A stretch of 63,960 nt of DNA, counting the filler, from Octopus bimaculoides (taxonomy: Eukaryota), in NCBI RefSeq assembly GCF_001194135.2. It is 6 parts of 5 records of this genome, joined end to end, with 100 filler letters (N's around TTAATTAATTAA, not from the genome) between each part and the next. Parts side by side here need not be neighbours in the genome. Positions count along the whole stretch, not along the records: positions 1 to 12,680 come from NC_069005.1; positions 12,781 to 28,187 come from NC_068981.1; 4 more parts are not named here. One strand, 5' to 3'. Positions 1 through 13,645 of the stretch are shown piece after piece. The notes below the pieces were generated by a model, which worked only from the letters and a program-made list of their open reading frames with translations, ran no database searches and had not been told where the DNA came from. How positions within the stretch are numbered: position 1 is the first letter of the stretch; the number at the start of each line of letters is the position of its first letter. Position numbers and translations under genes: made by a program.

Positions 1-272
1 ATATATCTTTTTGTGTGTGTGTGTGTATATATACGTATGAATGTATAAGTATGCGTCTGTGTGTGTGTGTGTGTATTTTAAGAGTGTAATGTTGCGTGTA
101 TATAAATATGTACATGTGTGTATACGTATAAGTAGGATGTATAAATGCATGTATGATTATGTGTGTGAAGCTGTGTGTCTGTGTGTGTGTACACACAGAC
201 ATATACACACACAAACACACACACACATGTATGTGCATGAGTATATATATGTCTGCGTGTTACGCGTGTGAT

Positions 273-323
<51 letters not shown>

Positions 324-479
324 TTATAATTAGTACGGATGAAGAGTCATCGATCTTTCTGTTGTTATTGTAGTTGTGATCAATCACATATTTTTCTAAC
401 CTACCCCCGCCCACCCCCATCCATCCTCCTCATCAATCCACCAACACGTTTATCATCACGATCGTCCTGAACACTGCCA

Positions 480-583
480 TCGACGACACCACCACCACCA
501 CCACCACCACCACGATTACTATCATCATCAATTTGAAACATATCAATTTTTAAAAACAACAACAGCGACCACTGCTGCTGCTG

Positions 584-617
<34 letters not shown>

Positions 618-1180
618 AACCATACCATCACCTCCGTTGTAAACCACTTCACCATGAGAGTACGTGGGATCCTTTTCGCGGAATGACTCACCTATTAGAA
701 ATAACACCGAAATCTACCTCAAATCACAGCCGCCCTCACATTAGAGAATGTAAATTCTAGACATACGTAACGGACGGGATTTTTCGTGACTCGGATGGCT
801 TTGATCAGAGGTCAAACTCAGGGTTTAAATAACATCATCAACGTCTACCAATAATTACTACAACCACACAACTACATACCACCACCACCACCACCACCAC
901 CACACTAGCATCACAAAACTACCACCGAGCACAAGCACCACAACCATCACTACCATCACGACTACTACCATTACCACCCCAAATCATACTTCTACCGCAT
1001 TGAGATACAACTACTACCACCACAACCGCCATAGCTAGCACTACTACTACCACCACCACCAGCACCACCACAATAACAACAGCAACAGCTACTGCTTCCT
1101 CTACTACTACTACCATCACTACTACAGCAACTACCACAACTACAGCCTCTACAACAATCAACAGCAAAACTACCACTCCG
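480..1180. repeat. Compound trinucleotide tract (ACC/ACT/ACA)
   Basis: Visible directly. It explains the poly-V, poly-S and poly-G ORFs at 919-1201. Confidence 0.9.
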
Positions 1181-1501
1181 ACTGAAAATGTAATTCCACA
1201 TTTAAACGAAAATTCTCAATTTTGTAATAAATTGTAATGCGTGTTGAATATTGGGTAGATTTATGGTGCAGATGTAGTGGTGTTGATGCCTGCCCTTGAG
1301 ATGTCAGCCACCAGCAACATTGCATTACACACATCTATTGAATATTGCTAGTGATCATATGTCTAAACGTGTGTGTACACGTGTATTTCTATGTGCGTGT
1401 GTGTGTATGTGTAACTGGTTCTATGCAAATGAGTATCAGTCTATATATGTCTATATACTACACGAAGATGTGTATATATATCTATACACTCATACATACA
1501 T

Positions 1502-1570
<69 letters not shown>

Positions 1571-2376
1571 TCTTTTGTTAGGTTTCTACTACATACACAC
1601 TTGTAGACATGCGTCTGTGGACTATCTTTCACCAGTGTCTGTGTATGTACATGTATCGGTTACATTATATATACTTGCGTATAATAGTATATACGCAGGT
1701 GAGAATGAATGTATCATACACACTCACAGACACACATATATACATACATACATGAATATATGTCGCTTTATGTGAATGTGTATACGTATGTACATAAGCC
1801 TGATCCATTGCTATGGTTGTACTGTCATGGCTGCCTGCCCCGCTTTCTCGTACTCCATTATATTCCATTTCTTTAAGTCTATACCCATCTTGTATATAAA
1901 ACACTCACTGTATACAGAGAATTTAGACAGTTGCATAGCCACTGATACCCAACTGTGATGGAGAAAACATTCTATAAATCATTTTACTTCACCCATTTCT
2001 TTGTTCTTGGCACTGTTCGTCTGTTTCCTGGATAATTTTTCTAATATTATGTTACACATAATATGGACGTGTGTATGTTGGTTATACTGTTATAATATCA
2101 TACATGACCTTAGTAATTGAACTCAGAATATGAATACAACATTGTCTACGATGCTTGTCTCTCACATGTTACATAATATTTAAAATATATCATAAGTAAT
2201 CTCATCTGTAACAATAATATTTAACAATGAATTACAAACGCTCTAGTAACTCATATCTGGGTCCCACTACCTAAGTTGTGACAGCTATATTATTTCGATT
2301 GTTGAAGGATTATCTTTGTACATTGGCAGCATAATTCTTAACTGTAACACAAATATCCATTGTGATCCTAGTACTT

Positions 2377-2610
2377 CAACTGTAAAATGCGTGACTCAAT
2401 TGTAACAAAACGTAACTAAACTGTAGCACGTGTACCTCAACTGTAACGCGTGTATCTAAACGATAACACGTGTAGCTCAATCTAAATAAGTATGCCTCAA
2501 CTGTACTGAGTGAAGCTCAACTGCACCAAGTGTAAGTCAACTGTAGCACGTGTCCTCAATTGTACCCAGTGTAACTCACTGTAACACGTGTAGCTCAACT
2601 GTAACTTGGT
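2377..2610. repeat. 20-bp minisatellite, about 12 degenerate copies
   Basis: Consensus caactgtaacacgtgtagct, read by eye. Confidence 0.85.
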
Positions 2611-2844
2611 GATACAACTTGAGCAAGAGCCACTAAGTGACAATGGTATTCCTTTTGGATACCAAGATACTGTCAATGATCACAGTATCCCAATATTACC
2701 TAAATAGTACAGTAGTAGATCTTCAGTAGTAATTCAATCATACCCGACTTAATTTCTGACCAGAACACCACAGCTCTGACATCTCAGCTTTCTCTTTATA
2801 AAAGACCAATATATTCGCTTCATATAATTGTTTCTAACATAGGT

Positions 2845-3063
2845 ACAAGACCAGAAATTTGGGCTGTGTGTGTGGCTTTCTGTGCGTGTAGTAGAGGAAC
2901 AGGGGTTAATCAATTAAAACGATCCCACTATTTTACCGGTGCTTTATGTTATCGACCTCAAAGAGTTTAGAGGCAATGTTGATCTCGGCAGAACGCAACG
3001 AGCCAGAATACCGCAAGACATTTTGTCCGATTCTCAAACGATCTTCCAGTCCCCCCCACCTTC
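2845..3063 (-). mobile_element. Degenerate Nin/Deu SINE
   Basis: gttatcgacctcaaagagtttagaggcaatgttgatctcggcagaacgcaacg resembles the family consensus. Confidence 0.6.
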
Positions 3064-4929
3064 GTAATATTTGATTGGCCATCTAGGACACTCATTATAA
3101 GCCGACTGTGAAACGAAGCCATACAATGACACATAAGTAATCCCAAACCTAACAGAAATATATACTCATTGATACACTAGTAACCTAGCTAGGACATCAG
3201 TACATACTATCACACACGAGTATTCACGCACAGACACATATAATCCAAACATCAACATTATTTCTATGCTGACAATAGCAGTCCACTTGGAATACGACTG
3301 TTACGTTAGCTGTGACATTACAATACTTGGCTGACACGCAATATTACCTCGAATACAATGAACCTGACCCTATTGTAACCCCTACAGTCACAGAATGTAT
3401 CACGACTATGACATTTGGTAGCCAGTATGACACATGTGCTGTGTCATGACTAAACTGTGTCATCACAACTGTAACACTGGCTTTCATCATAGTTGAGACA
3501 GAAGAATCTCAAAACACTATCAAGTGTGTCCCATTGACAGTTAAATAAAAAAGTCTTCCTCTCCTTGAGCTCATACGCAAAATGTCTCCGAACCATACTC
3601 GGGATTGTACAAGGTCTTAGTGAAACAGAAACAGATATCACACGCACATACTTATATCGCATACACACACACACACATACACACACACACACATACACAC
3701 ACACACACATACATACACATTCCGAAATATGTAGATATACTTAAAATTATATGCAAATATCTAACATTATCTCTCTCTCTCACGCACACACGCATTTCGG
3801 GGTTCAGTGGTGAAAATGGAAGTACGCAGGCATTCTATTTTTCCGTTGATGCGAGTGGTGGTGGTGGTGGTGGCGGCGGCATAGCATCTAAAATACTTCT
3901 TTCCAGCCTGAGCCTCACCGATTTCTGATATTAGCGTGACTCAGTTTCCTAAAACCCAGTACCATCATCGTGCATGTGTGTATATCTCTGCGTGTGTGCA
4001 TGTGCAACACATAACAGACATATAATTCATTTCCTAAGTACATGTGACCGGTCAGAACCTCCCACTAATTCCTTCCTTCCATGTGAAGGAATTAATTAGT
4101 GCAGTTTATCAACCTATGACCGACTATATGATTGACCACCTCACTGATCCATTCGCTGACCCCCTAACCCTAATTGACCAATATTACAACTGGGACAAAT
4201 CCATTCCAAAACAGGCTTACACTCACAACAAAACTGACCAACAACAATCAACCCAACCAACCAACCAGCCAGCCAACCAGCCAGCCAGCCAACCAACCAA
4301 CTATCCCGACTCTATTATTTAGTCCTCACTTTACAATATACTCCCACCGTACCCCAAACAATCCGAACAATTGACTGTCAATGCTCTATAATCAAGTGAT
4401 TGACCTCATACTCTCATGTAAAACATAGTATACCGCTCTATTATACACCCCACGCCCACACATACGTGTACACACACACACACACACACATGTAGCTACC
4501 TGGTCTAACATATATATATATATATTTTCACACGCGACGGATACCCAAATTTAGACTTGGAACTATACCGTAATACTACCGGCTATTCAGTAATTAATTC
4601 TAAGGGTCAACGAGCTCTATTTTGTACTCTGTTACGTTCCTAACGGAATATGCCTTAAATGTATATGTGCGCGTGCGCGCATACAGTATGGCGCTACCTG
4701 GTCTAACATAGAAAATAGGGCCAACCTCTGTATAGGAGTCGAAGCATGAAAGTACACAAGTGGTAGGGTTAGTGTATTGAGGACACACGAAATACACATG
4801 TACGTAGAACTATACACACTTATAAAACACATGTATATATTTCGACTGAAAGATTTCTGTAGACATACGTGAATTTATGCATACACACAAACACAGATGC
4901 GCACACGTGTGTGAGTGGACGCATGTGTG

Positions 4930-4967
<38 letters not shown>

Positions 4968-7377
4968 NNNNNNNNNNNNNNNNNNNNNNNNNNNNNNNNN
5001 NNNNNNNNNNNNNNNNNNNNNNNNNNNNNNNNNNNNNNNNNNNNNNNNNNNNNNNNNNNNNNNNNNNNNNNNNNNNNNNNNNNNNNNNNNNNNNNNNNNN
5101 NNNNNNNNNNNNNNNNNNNNNNNNNNNNNNNNNNNNNNNNNNNNNNNNNNNNNNNNNNNNNNNNNNNNNNNNNNNNNNNNNNNNNNNNNNNNNNNNNNNN
5201 NNNNNNNNNNNNNNNNNNNNNNNNNNNNNNNNNNNNNNNNNNNNNNNNNNNNNNNNNNNNNNNNNNNNNNNNNNNNNNNNNNNNNNNNNNNNNNNNNNNN
5301 NNNNNNNNNNNNNNNNNNTATATATATATATAATATAAAATGGGACAAGAACGCAAAACATCCAGACAGTTAAGTGATACAAGAAAGGGACAACAAAACA
5401 TCCAGATAGACGATACAGAGAAAACAAGGACAGGTCATGTGTGTGTGTCCCTCCATCACCATTTCACAACCTGTGCGGTTCGGCAAAAAGAACCCGACAG
5501 AATGAGTACTAGGTTTGCTGTCTTGCTCTGGGATCGACTTGGTTCAACTAATACCCTTCAAGGCGGTGCTCCTGCATGGCGCAGTCAGTCGAGAGACCGA
5601 AACAAGTAAAAGAGTCAAAGAATGAGAAAATGTATGTTTAACAGCAGCGTCTGTAGAACTATAAACCTCTGGCAATGCTTTGTCTAAGCCTGTTGATGAA
5701 TGTCTTGATGTGTGTATGTAATTTATTTTCATATCGCTGCTAGAAGCATGGATCCACACGCCTTATGAAAATATGGAGTATAAGTACATGTTTATTTTAA
5801 TCTATATCTATTCGTGATTGAATTATCCATATCACACACACTTATGCATGCATACATACATACACGATGCACTCACACGCAAATTTATATGTGTCGGGGT
5901 GAGGTGTGTGATAATCTTAGATATCAGTGAATGCACACCTACAGTGTTAGCGTTTACATACAAATGGTTTGGTAAATGTATGTGATAATACATGTTAGCT
6001 TGAAGTACGCATTTGAGTATGTGTGTGTATGTATGTTCGTATCAATGAAGTATGCATATATATATGTCTGTCTGTCTCTCTGTCTGTCTGTATGTTTGTA
6101 TGTATGTATGCATGTATGCATGTATGTATGTATGTAGCAGTTCTATTTTCTCCACTCCACTCCACTCCGCATCTGTGTCTCAGCACAGTTTACGGTGCAG
6201 CTAGCTTTAATATATTCAATTTAAGGAGATGTTATAATTTATAAAGATAGAAAGAGGGATAAACAGAGGACGACATAGAGCAAGACAGTAAGGCAAATTT
6301 TGGAGAGAGACAGAGAGAGAGAAAGGACACACAAATGCACAATCAACCCCCCCATCCCCCACTCAAACATAAAAATATATAAATATGACATATAATGATA
6401 AATATTTTATTATAAAATGTATAGTACACTCTGTGTATTTCTGTGTGGGGGTATATGTATCTATCTGTCTATATATATATTTATTATAAATATCATTATA
6501 TAATGTGAGAAATATTTGTATGTGCATGAAGTGAAAGAGTGAGAAGCAGACGACATAAAAGAACTTTATATATATATATATATANNNNNNNNNNATGTAT
6601 CTATCTGTCTATATATATATTTATTATAAATATCATTATATAATGTGAGAAATATTTGTATGTGCATGAAGTGAAAGAGTGAGAAGCAGACGACATAAAA
6701 GAACTTTATATATATATATATATACATATATATGTATATATATATATATATATAGGAGAAGAACGAGAAGGAGAGTGTGAAATGGAAAGACAAAAGAGGG
6801 ACAGACAGCAGAAAGACATTAAAATAAGGAAGGAAGCAAAGAAGTAGAAATGCATAGAGCCATCTTTCTGCTCTGCAAAAGCTGACTTCACGGCCATTTG
6901 CTGTCATTTCTCCCTGTGTGTCTGAACGGCAGCTGTCATTGAAAGAGTCGTAGGAAGAGAGATAGATAGATAGTTTCAGAGAAAGTGAGATGATGCTGAA
7001 ATAGTGAGAGAGTAATAAAGAAGAGAAGCGACATTTGCCAAGGTCACAGAAATCGTCTGTGACTGCACATACACACATACACAGCAGTAAAGTCGGGACT
7101 AACACTGGCATGGCTTCCATGACCTTCATACAACAACCACTGATATTTCGATATAGTTATCATGCTCATTATTAAAATTACACTGTATTTATTTGTTCCT
7201 TCAACATTTCAATATTCGTCCTCAATGAAGCCACCCTAGTACATCTATCCCACAATACAATCCCAATCCAACCGTCTACAACTCATTATCTTCCATATTT
7301 CAATCTCATTTCTATCATTAATTCATACATTTTCGTATTAAATTGAATATGTATGGCGGAATGAATATCTATCTTAT

Positions 7378-7391
7378 CTATCCATCTATCC

Positions 7392-7470
<79 letters not shown>

Positions 7471-7481
7471 ATATATATATG

Positions 7482-7530
<49 letters not shown>
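7378..7530. repeat. (ATCT)n plus (TA)n microsatellite, representative of dozens in the window
   Basis: Visible directly. Similar TA, CA, ATAC, ATCT, AAT and AAAG tracts occur throughout. Confidence 0.95.
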
Positions 7531-7534
<4 letters not shown>

Positions 7535-7704
7535 GAAGTATATATAAATATTATATATATATGTATGTATGTATATGCATACACACAATAACCCATACAC
7601 ACCCACACATATATAAACATACGTACATACAAACGCATGCGGATAGAGGGCGCACTATATCTCCCAAGTATTTGTATAATTGTTTATATTCAGTTTATAC
7701 AGCC

Positions 7705-7740
<36 letters not shown>

Positions 7741-7989
7741 ATGTGTGTGTGAGTGAGCGAATATTATATATATCTTAGAATCAATCTTTGTGTGTATATT
7801 TGTTTCAATGCATACATTTGTATCTGCGTGTAAAGTATATGAAATAATTATTATGTATATACATCAGTTTTCCTGTGTTGTTGTATACATATCTATACCT
7901 CTAGAGATTCATATCTGCCGCATATCCACCTTATGTATAGATGGACGCCATGTTGATGACACAAGAAAATGTGTGCGTGAAAGAGTGTG

Positions 7990-8022
<33 letters not shown>

Positions 8023-8358
8023 NNNNNNNNNNNNNNNNNNNNNNNNNNNNNNNNNNNNNNNNNNNNNNNNNNNNNNNNNNNNNNNNNNNNNNNNNNNNNN
8101 NNNNNNNNNNNNNNNNNNNNNNNNNNNNNNNNNNNNNNNNNNNNNNNNNNNNNNNNNNNNNNNNNNNNNNNNNNNNNNNNNNNNNNNNNNNNNNNNNNNN
8201 NNNNNNNNNNNNNNNNNNNNNNNNNNNNNNNNNNNNNNNNNNNNNNNNNNNNNNNNNNNNNNNNNNNNNNNNNNNNNNNNNNNNNNNNNNNNNNNNNNNN
8301 NNNNNNNNNNNNNNNNNNTATATATATATATTTATATATGTGTATATAAGTTTGTAGG

Positions 8359-8395
<37 letters not shown>

Positions 8396-11212
8396 TCTTA
8401 TGTATGCATATGTGTATATGTGGAAGGTGACCATTGAGAATAGAAGCGTGTATATTTGTGTAGAAATGTGTAGATTTGTTCCCAGGTGAGCAGTGAGTCT
8501 AGGAAGACATTTTCAAGATACTATATATATGTGTTTATTTGGTCTCCCTTTATTCCACATTAGACAGTTCCATAGCTACTTGGCTACCATAGTAATGTAT
8601 CTTTGTTCTGTATATATGTGTTTGTGTTTGTATGTGTTTGTGCACTGTTTAGGTTTATATGCACCAATACATTTGTATGTATTTGTACATACATGCATGC
8701 ATGCATACACATGGGCGCACATACACACATACATATATGCATATGTGTGTGTATATATATATATGTGTGTGTTTGTGTGTGTGTGTGTGTGTGCGTGTGT
8801 GCGCGTGTGTGTGTTAGTGTGCCTATATTTTGTATTTATGTATGTGATTTTGCGAACCAAACATAGAAGACTAAGTGAAAGAGGAAAATATATATTGGAG
8901 AGGCAAAGAGTGAGAGATAGAAGGCGATAGAGTGAGCGAGCGAAGAAGAGGGGGAAAGTGAGGGTGAAAATAGAGAGAGAGGGGGAGAAGGAGGAGGAAG
9001 AGGAGGAGGAGACAGGTAAAGAGAGAAAATGTGTGCAAGGAGGAGGAAAATCGGGAGGTGTAGGAAGAGGATATTGAGAGTAGAAACATGTATTTTACCG
9101 TGAGATAACATTCTACACAATTTATGGTGGATATCACAGTGGTATATTTCAGTGGAATATATAAATATAGTCTAGATAGATGGGGTTAGAGTTAGACTAG
9201 TGAATTAAACTATTCCCCTGCAGCTAATATACAAGAAAGGGGTGATGTATAACCCCCAAAATTTACATAAAAAGAAATACGGTGTTTCCTGAATAAGAGA
9301 TTAGCAATATTTGAAGAACTAGAAATAGCATTTAAAATCATATGTAAATCCGTATTTCTAATAATAGAATATATGTCTTGTATCTTTTGTTTTTGTCTCC
9401 ATTGGCCATTTGTTTTAGACTAAAAAAAAAAAACTTTATCTTAACATCGATTACTTCGATGTCATTTGTGGAAAACCATTTACACCGGATTTTAAAAGTC
9501 TTCGTAAATGTGCTTGTTATAATATTAATTGTTATTGTGGTGGGAGATGCTTTTGGTTGTAGGAGAAAGATGGCTGTTGGAAGACTATGTTACAGTCCCA
9601 CACAAACTCCTTTAGTGTGGCAAATTGTTTCGAGATGTGAACACGTGATCAATAGATCCTGTTTCTCACCACCTTCACCACTAACTTCTCGTTGTTTAAG
9701 TTCCTAATCGGTTGTTTTCTTAAACACATTGAATTAGTTTTGATTAAGAAAAGAAATTGTATTGAAATTAAATAGATTAACTGGACTAGTGACACAACAG
9801 TCGTTCTCGAATCTCTCCGGTGTAGACACCAAAACTTTTTAAGGATAAAACTTCATCTAGTGTCATAAGAATTAAGCTTTCTCCCAGGATTTGCGACGTA
9901 ATTCAAGTGGAACTGATATAGATGGGGAATGAAACTGTTCCGCATTATTCCTTCCCCGACATTTTATCAGTATAACACCTCCTACCCATATACACACCTC
10001 AGCATTGTACAAGAGTATTTCGTATGAGAGGCCCAGATATTTTAGGAGACGGGAAACGGAAGTTGTGGTGTTCAAACCCTTACAAATAACAACAGCAATA
10101 TCACTGAAGTGAAATTTAAGTTGGATATCTATTCACATTACATTCCCGTTTCGTTGCTAATTTACTTTCAGACATTGACATGGACTACCAACCCAGAAAT
10201 TGTAGGTTCACGTCTGCTGCTAATGTCTCATTATATTTGGTGAAAAACCATATTATTTTCAACTGTATTACTTCACATATTTGACAAGAATAAATCATTT
10301 ACGAGTGTTGTCTTTCATAGATTCGCGACTAATTCAGGGGAATTTTTACCCCGCATCTGTTTATCCTCTCCCGCTAAGCCCTTGTAAGGCTCATTCTAAT
10401 CAGTGGCCCTTAAAAGTAGGATTCGGAAAGCATCTACTGATATTTGTGTTTACTTGCTTAAATAGACACGAGCAAAAATTTAATTTCTTCGACCTTTCAG
10501 AAGTAAAGGGCGAAGGAAGGCTGAGGAGATGTAATGATGTTCATTCTGATCAAGAATAAAAATTATGTAAGTGCAGGGAAATAGCGCAAACCAAACACCA
10601 GAGTTTATCACGCAAACCCACTTGTCAACAATAACAAAAACAACAATCCCAACACATTCTATATATGTTCACACCTGCTGTATAGCAGTACAGACGCAGA
10701 CATGGTCTCGTGGATAACAAGTTCGGATCGCAATTATTCGGTCCCAGTTTCGATCCTACGACGTACCATTTTAGGAAGATAATATTTTACTATAACCTCA
10801 GGTCAAACCAAACTTTGTTGAATGAAACTGAGTTGAAATAAAAGATGGAGTCTCGTCGATGGATTATACATGTTATTCAGCCTTCTCACATTCTTCGTCA
10901 CTTGATGAAATCTAAGGATTATGTAAAGGGAAGGCATGTCTGCGGAATATTCAGCCGCTTACACTACAAAACAATGAAGATGTTTGTGTGTGTGTGTGTT
11001 ATAGTTAAGGTACATGCGTGTGTGTTGAGTACTAAGTCACTTCCGCTAGTAAACAAGGAACAAGCATTTCTGTTGGTTAAACAACCGGAACACCTATCAT
11101 CGAAAGCGACAGAAGAGCCATTTTACTTCTATTTATGTGTGCATATATTTGTAAATGTATGTGTATGTGATTGAACGTGTTGCTTATGTATGTATATTTT
11201 TTGATGTTTTGG

Positions 11213-11246
<34 letters not shown>

Positions 11247-11249
<3 letters not shown>

Positions 11250-11650
11250 TTTTATTCTTTTACTTGTTTCAGTCATTTGACTGCGGCCATGCTGGAGCAC
11301 CGCCTTTAGTCGAGAAAATCGACCCCAGGACTTATTCTTTGTAAGCCTTATTCTATCGGTCTCTTTTTGCCGAACCGCTAAGTTACGGAGACCTAAGCAC
11401 ACCAGCATCGGTTGTCAAGCGATGTTGGGGGGACAAACACAGATACACAACATATACACACATACACATATATATATACATATATACGACGGGCTTCTTT
11501 CAGTTTCCGTCTACCAAATCCACTCACAAGGCTTTGGTCGGCCCGAGGCTATAGTAGAAGACACTTGCCCAAGGTGCCACGCAGTGGGACTGAACCCGGA
11601 ACCATGTGGTTCGTAAGCAAACTACTTACCACACAGCCACTCCTACGTCT
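11247..11650 (-). mobile_element. tRNA-derived SINE (CORE-like body, internal microsatellite)
   Basis: The minus strand starts with A-box (tggctgtgtgg) and B-box (ggttcagtccc) motifs, then accttgggcaagtgtcttctac. Highly similar to 52664-53065. Confidence 0.88.
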
Positions 11651-12084
11651 ATATATATATATATTGAAGCATTCTTCCACTAGCATATTCTGTTACTAGT
11701 TTCAGTTATTTTGACTGCTGTGAGATTAAAAGGCAGAGACAGTTTGTATATACGATTGGTATTTACTGAATATTGTGACATATTTCACAACAATTGTAGG
11801 GCTGGACTTTTCCACTGACGTTCGCAGTAATATTCAAAAGACGTGGGTACCTGATCGCTATACCACTACTCAACCAACGATCCATTGTTGCCACGAATTC
11901 AAAGACAGCAAAACTCAGAGGATTGCAATTGCTTCATAGTTTTGTTCAAATCATCAACTGAATTCTGTGAAAATACACGTTAATTTTTTTTTTATACAGA
12001 CCTAGGCGAACAACTAAACCACGAATACATACGTATATACCTATATATATTTTTTATGTTGCTGTTTGTGTGTGTGTAGGTATA

Positions 12085-12295
12085 TATATAGTTGGAATTT
12101 ACAAAAGAAAAATAAAACAAACAAAACAAAAGACGAAGACGGGTGTGTAAACAACGAACAGATGTATTAGCTTAACGCTCGGGAAGTGAGAAAGTCTTTT
12201 ACGTTTCGAGCCTACGCTCTTCAACTGAAAGGAACACAGAAATAAGCAGAGAGAGGAAATAAAAAAGGTTTAGTGGCTAGCGACCAACCATGGCG
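12085..12295 (-). mobile_element. Small (TA)n-embedded repeat with a hammerhead-like motif
   Basis: Minus strand ctttcagttgaagagcgtaggctcgaaacgtaaaag. A distantly related piece lies at ~12930-13070 (+). Confidence 0.45.
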
Positions 12296-13066
12296 AATGG
12301 CACATATATATATATATATATATGGGTGGGGGGCGTGATATAAACGGTCAGGTACATTCTAAAGCACAGCTTAAGATAGTAAAGTGTGGATAAAATTGTC
12401 TAAGAGAATAGAATCCTATATCTGTGAAATACCATTCCATCGGGATAACTGTTACACCAAACCTACTGGCCTCTTATACGCAGTCACCCCCCCCCCACAC
12501 ATATATATACACGAATGTATGTATGTGTATGTATACGTTTACAAACATGTATACAGTTAAATACATAAAAAATTACAACACAAGTAGAATGATCACGTAA
12601 ATACATACATACACATATATACATACATAAATACATACATACGTACATACATACATAGACACAAGATATGTATACACACANNNNNNNNNNNNNNNNNNNN
12701 NNNNNNNNNNNNNNNNNNNNNNNNTTAATTAATTAANNNNNNNNNNNNNNNNNNNNNNNNNNNNNNNNNNNNNNNNNNNNTTTCTTGTATGGTCTAGACA
12801 CAATATATTGTGTCTAGCTGTTGATATTAGTTTTATAAATATATGCACACACACACACACACACATGGATCAAAACAGTTTGATTCTAAAACCCATGGTA
12901 CTTAAAGTTTCACAACATGATGCTTGTCGTCAGTCATTGGAAATGTGAATGAGTTGCTCGAAATGTAAAACTACCTTTCCTTTCTTCCCTGAGTGTCTGC
13001 TAATATTTTGTGTGTACCACGTCCTCGTATTGTTTTTTCTTGTGTTCGTTCTTCGTTTTTTTGGAT

Positions 13067-13108
<42 letters not shown>

Positions 13109-13116
13109 AATATTTA

Positions 13117-13310
13117 TGTGACTAGGTGTTAGGAAGTACCTACATTGCTAGAAATAAGGGCTAAACTGCTCTAATGCTGTAGTCAATGCACATGAATGAA
13201 AACATATACACTAACAGGGACTATAATCGTCCAAAGCGTGCCAGTCGAGAATTCTTAATACTGACACATCAGTGTCAACAGTTTCTGTTGCCTCATCAGT
13301 TATGACCACT
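13117..13310 (-). mobile_element. Small repeat with a hammerhead-like motif (putative Penelope-like pLTR), copy A
   Basis: Shares sequence with 18674-18912. The minus strand at 13254-13304 carries CTGATGA-stem-GA(C)A-stem-GTA. Confidence 0.55.
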
Positions 13311-13645
13311 CGATCGTTTGGCTCTTAAATCTTTATTATGATCACTACGGATCGAACATAGATGAGGACAGCACAGGACAAACAATTACACAAAATGAAT
13401 GAGATCGTGCTTATTTACAATTTGATTTTGACTATTATGTACAATTCGATAATTCAAAATAATGAGAACTTGTAATAAAGTTGAGATCTGTCTTTTGTTC
13501 TTATTTTTAAAATTATACAGAATTTACATCCTCCAGCCAAGCAGCCTATATGGCCCAGCAGATCACTTTTTATTTCTTCAATGGTTAATTTGGGCACCTA
13601 GCACCCACCTTTTTCATCACTTCCTTCCATCTTTGCTCATATACT

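Noticed and set aside
6447-6723. ~130-bp near-exact tandem duplication
   Set aside because: The copies straddle a 10-N gap, typical of unmerged contig overlap. The same applies to 29180-29390 and 62330-62430.
41-9137. Many ORFs rich in YI, CV, HT and X
   Set aside because: These are translations of dinucleotide microsatellites and N gaps. The same holds for similar ORFs across the window.
12725-12736. TTAATTAATTAA inside N runs (also ~28232, ~29587, ~60683, ~62591)
   Set aside because: Identical each time and surrounded by Ns. It gives stop codons in all six frames, so it is a scaffolding spacer, not biology.
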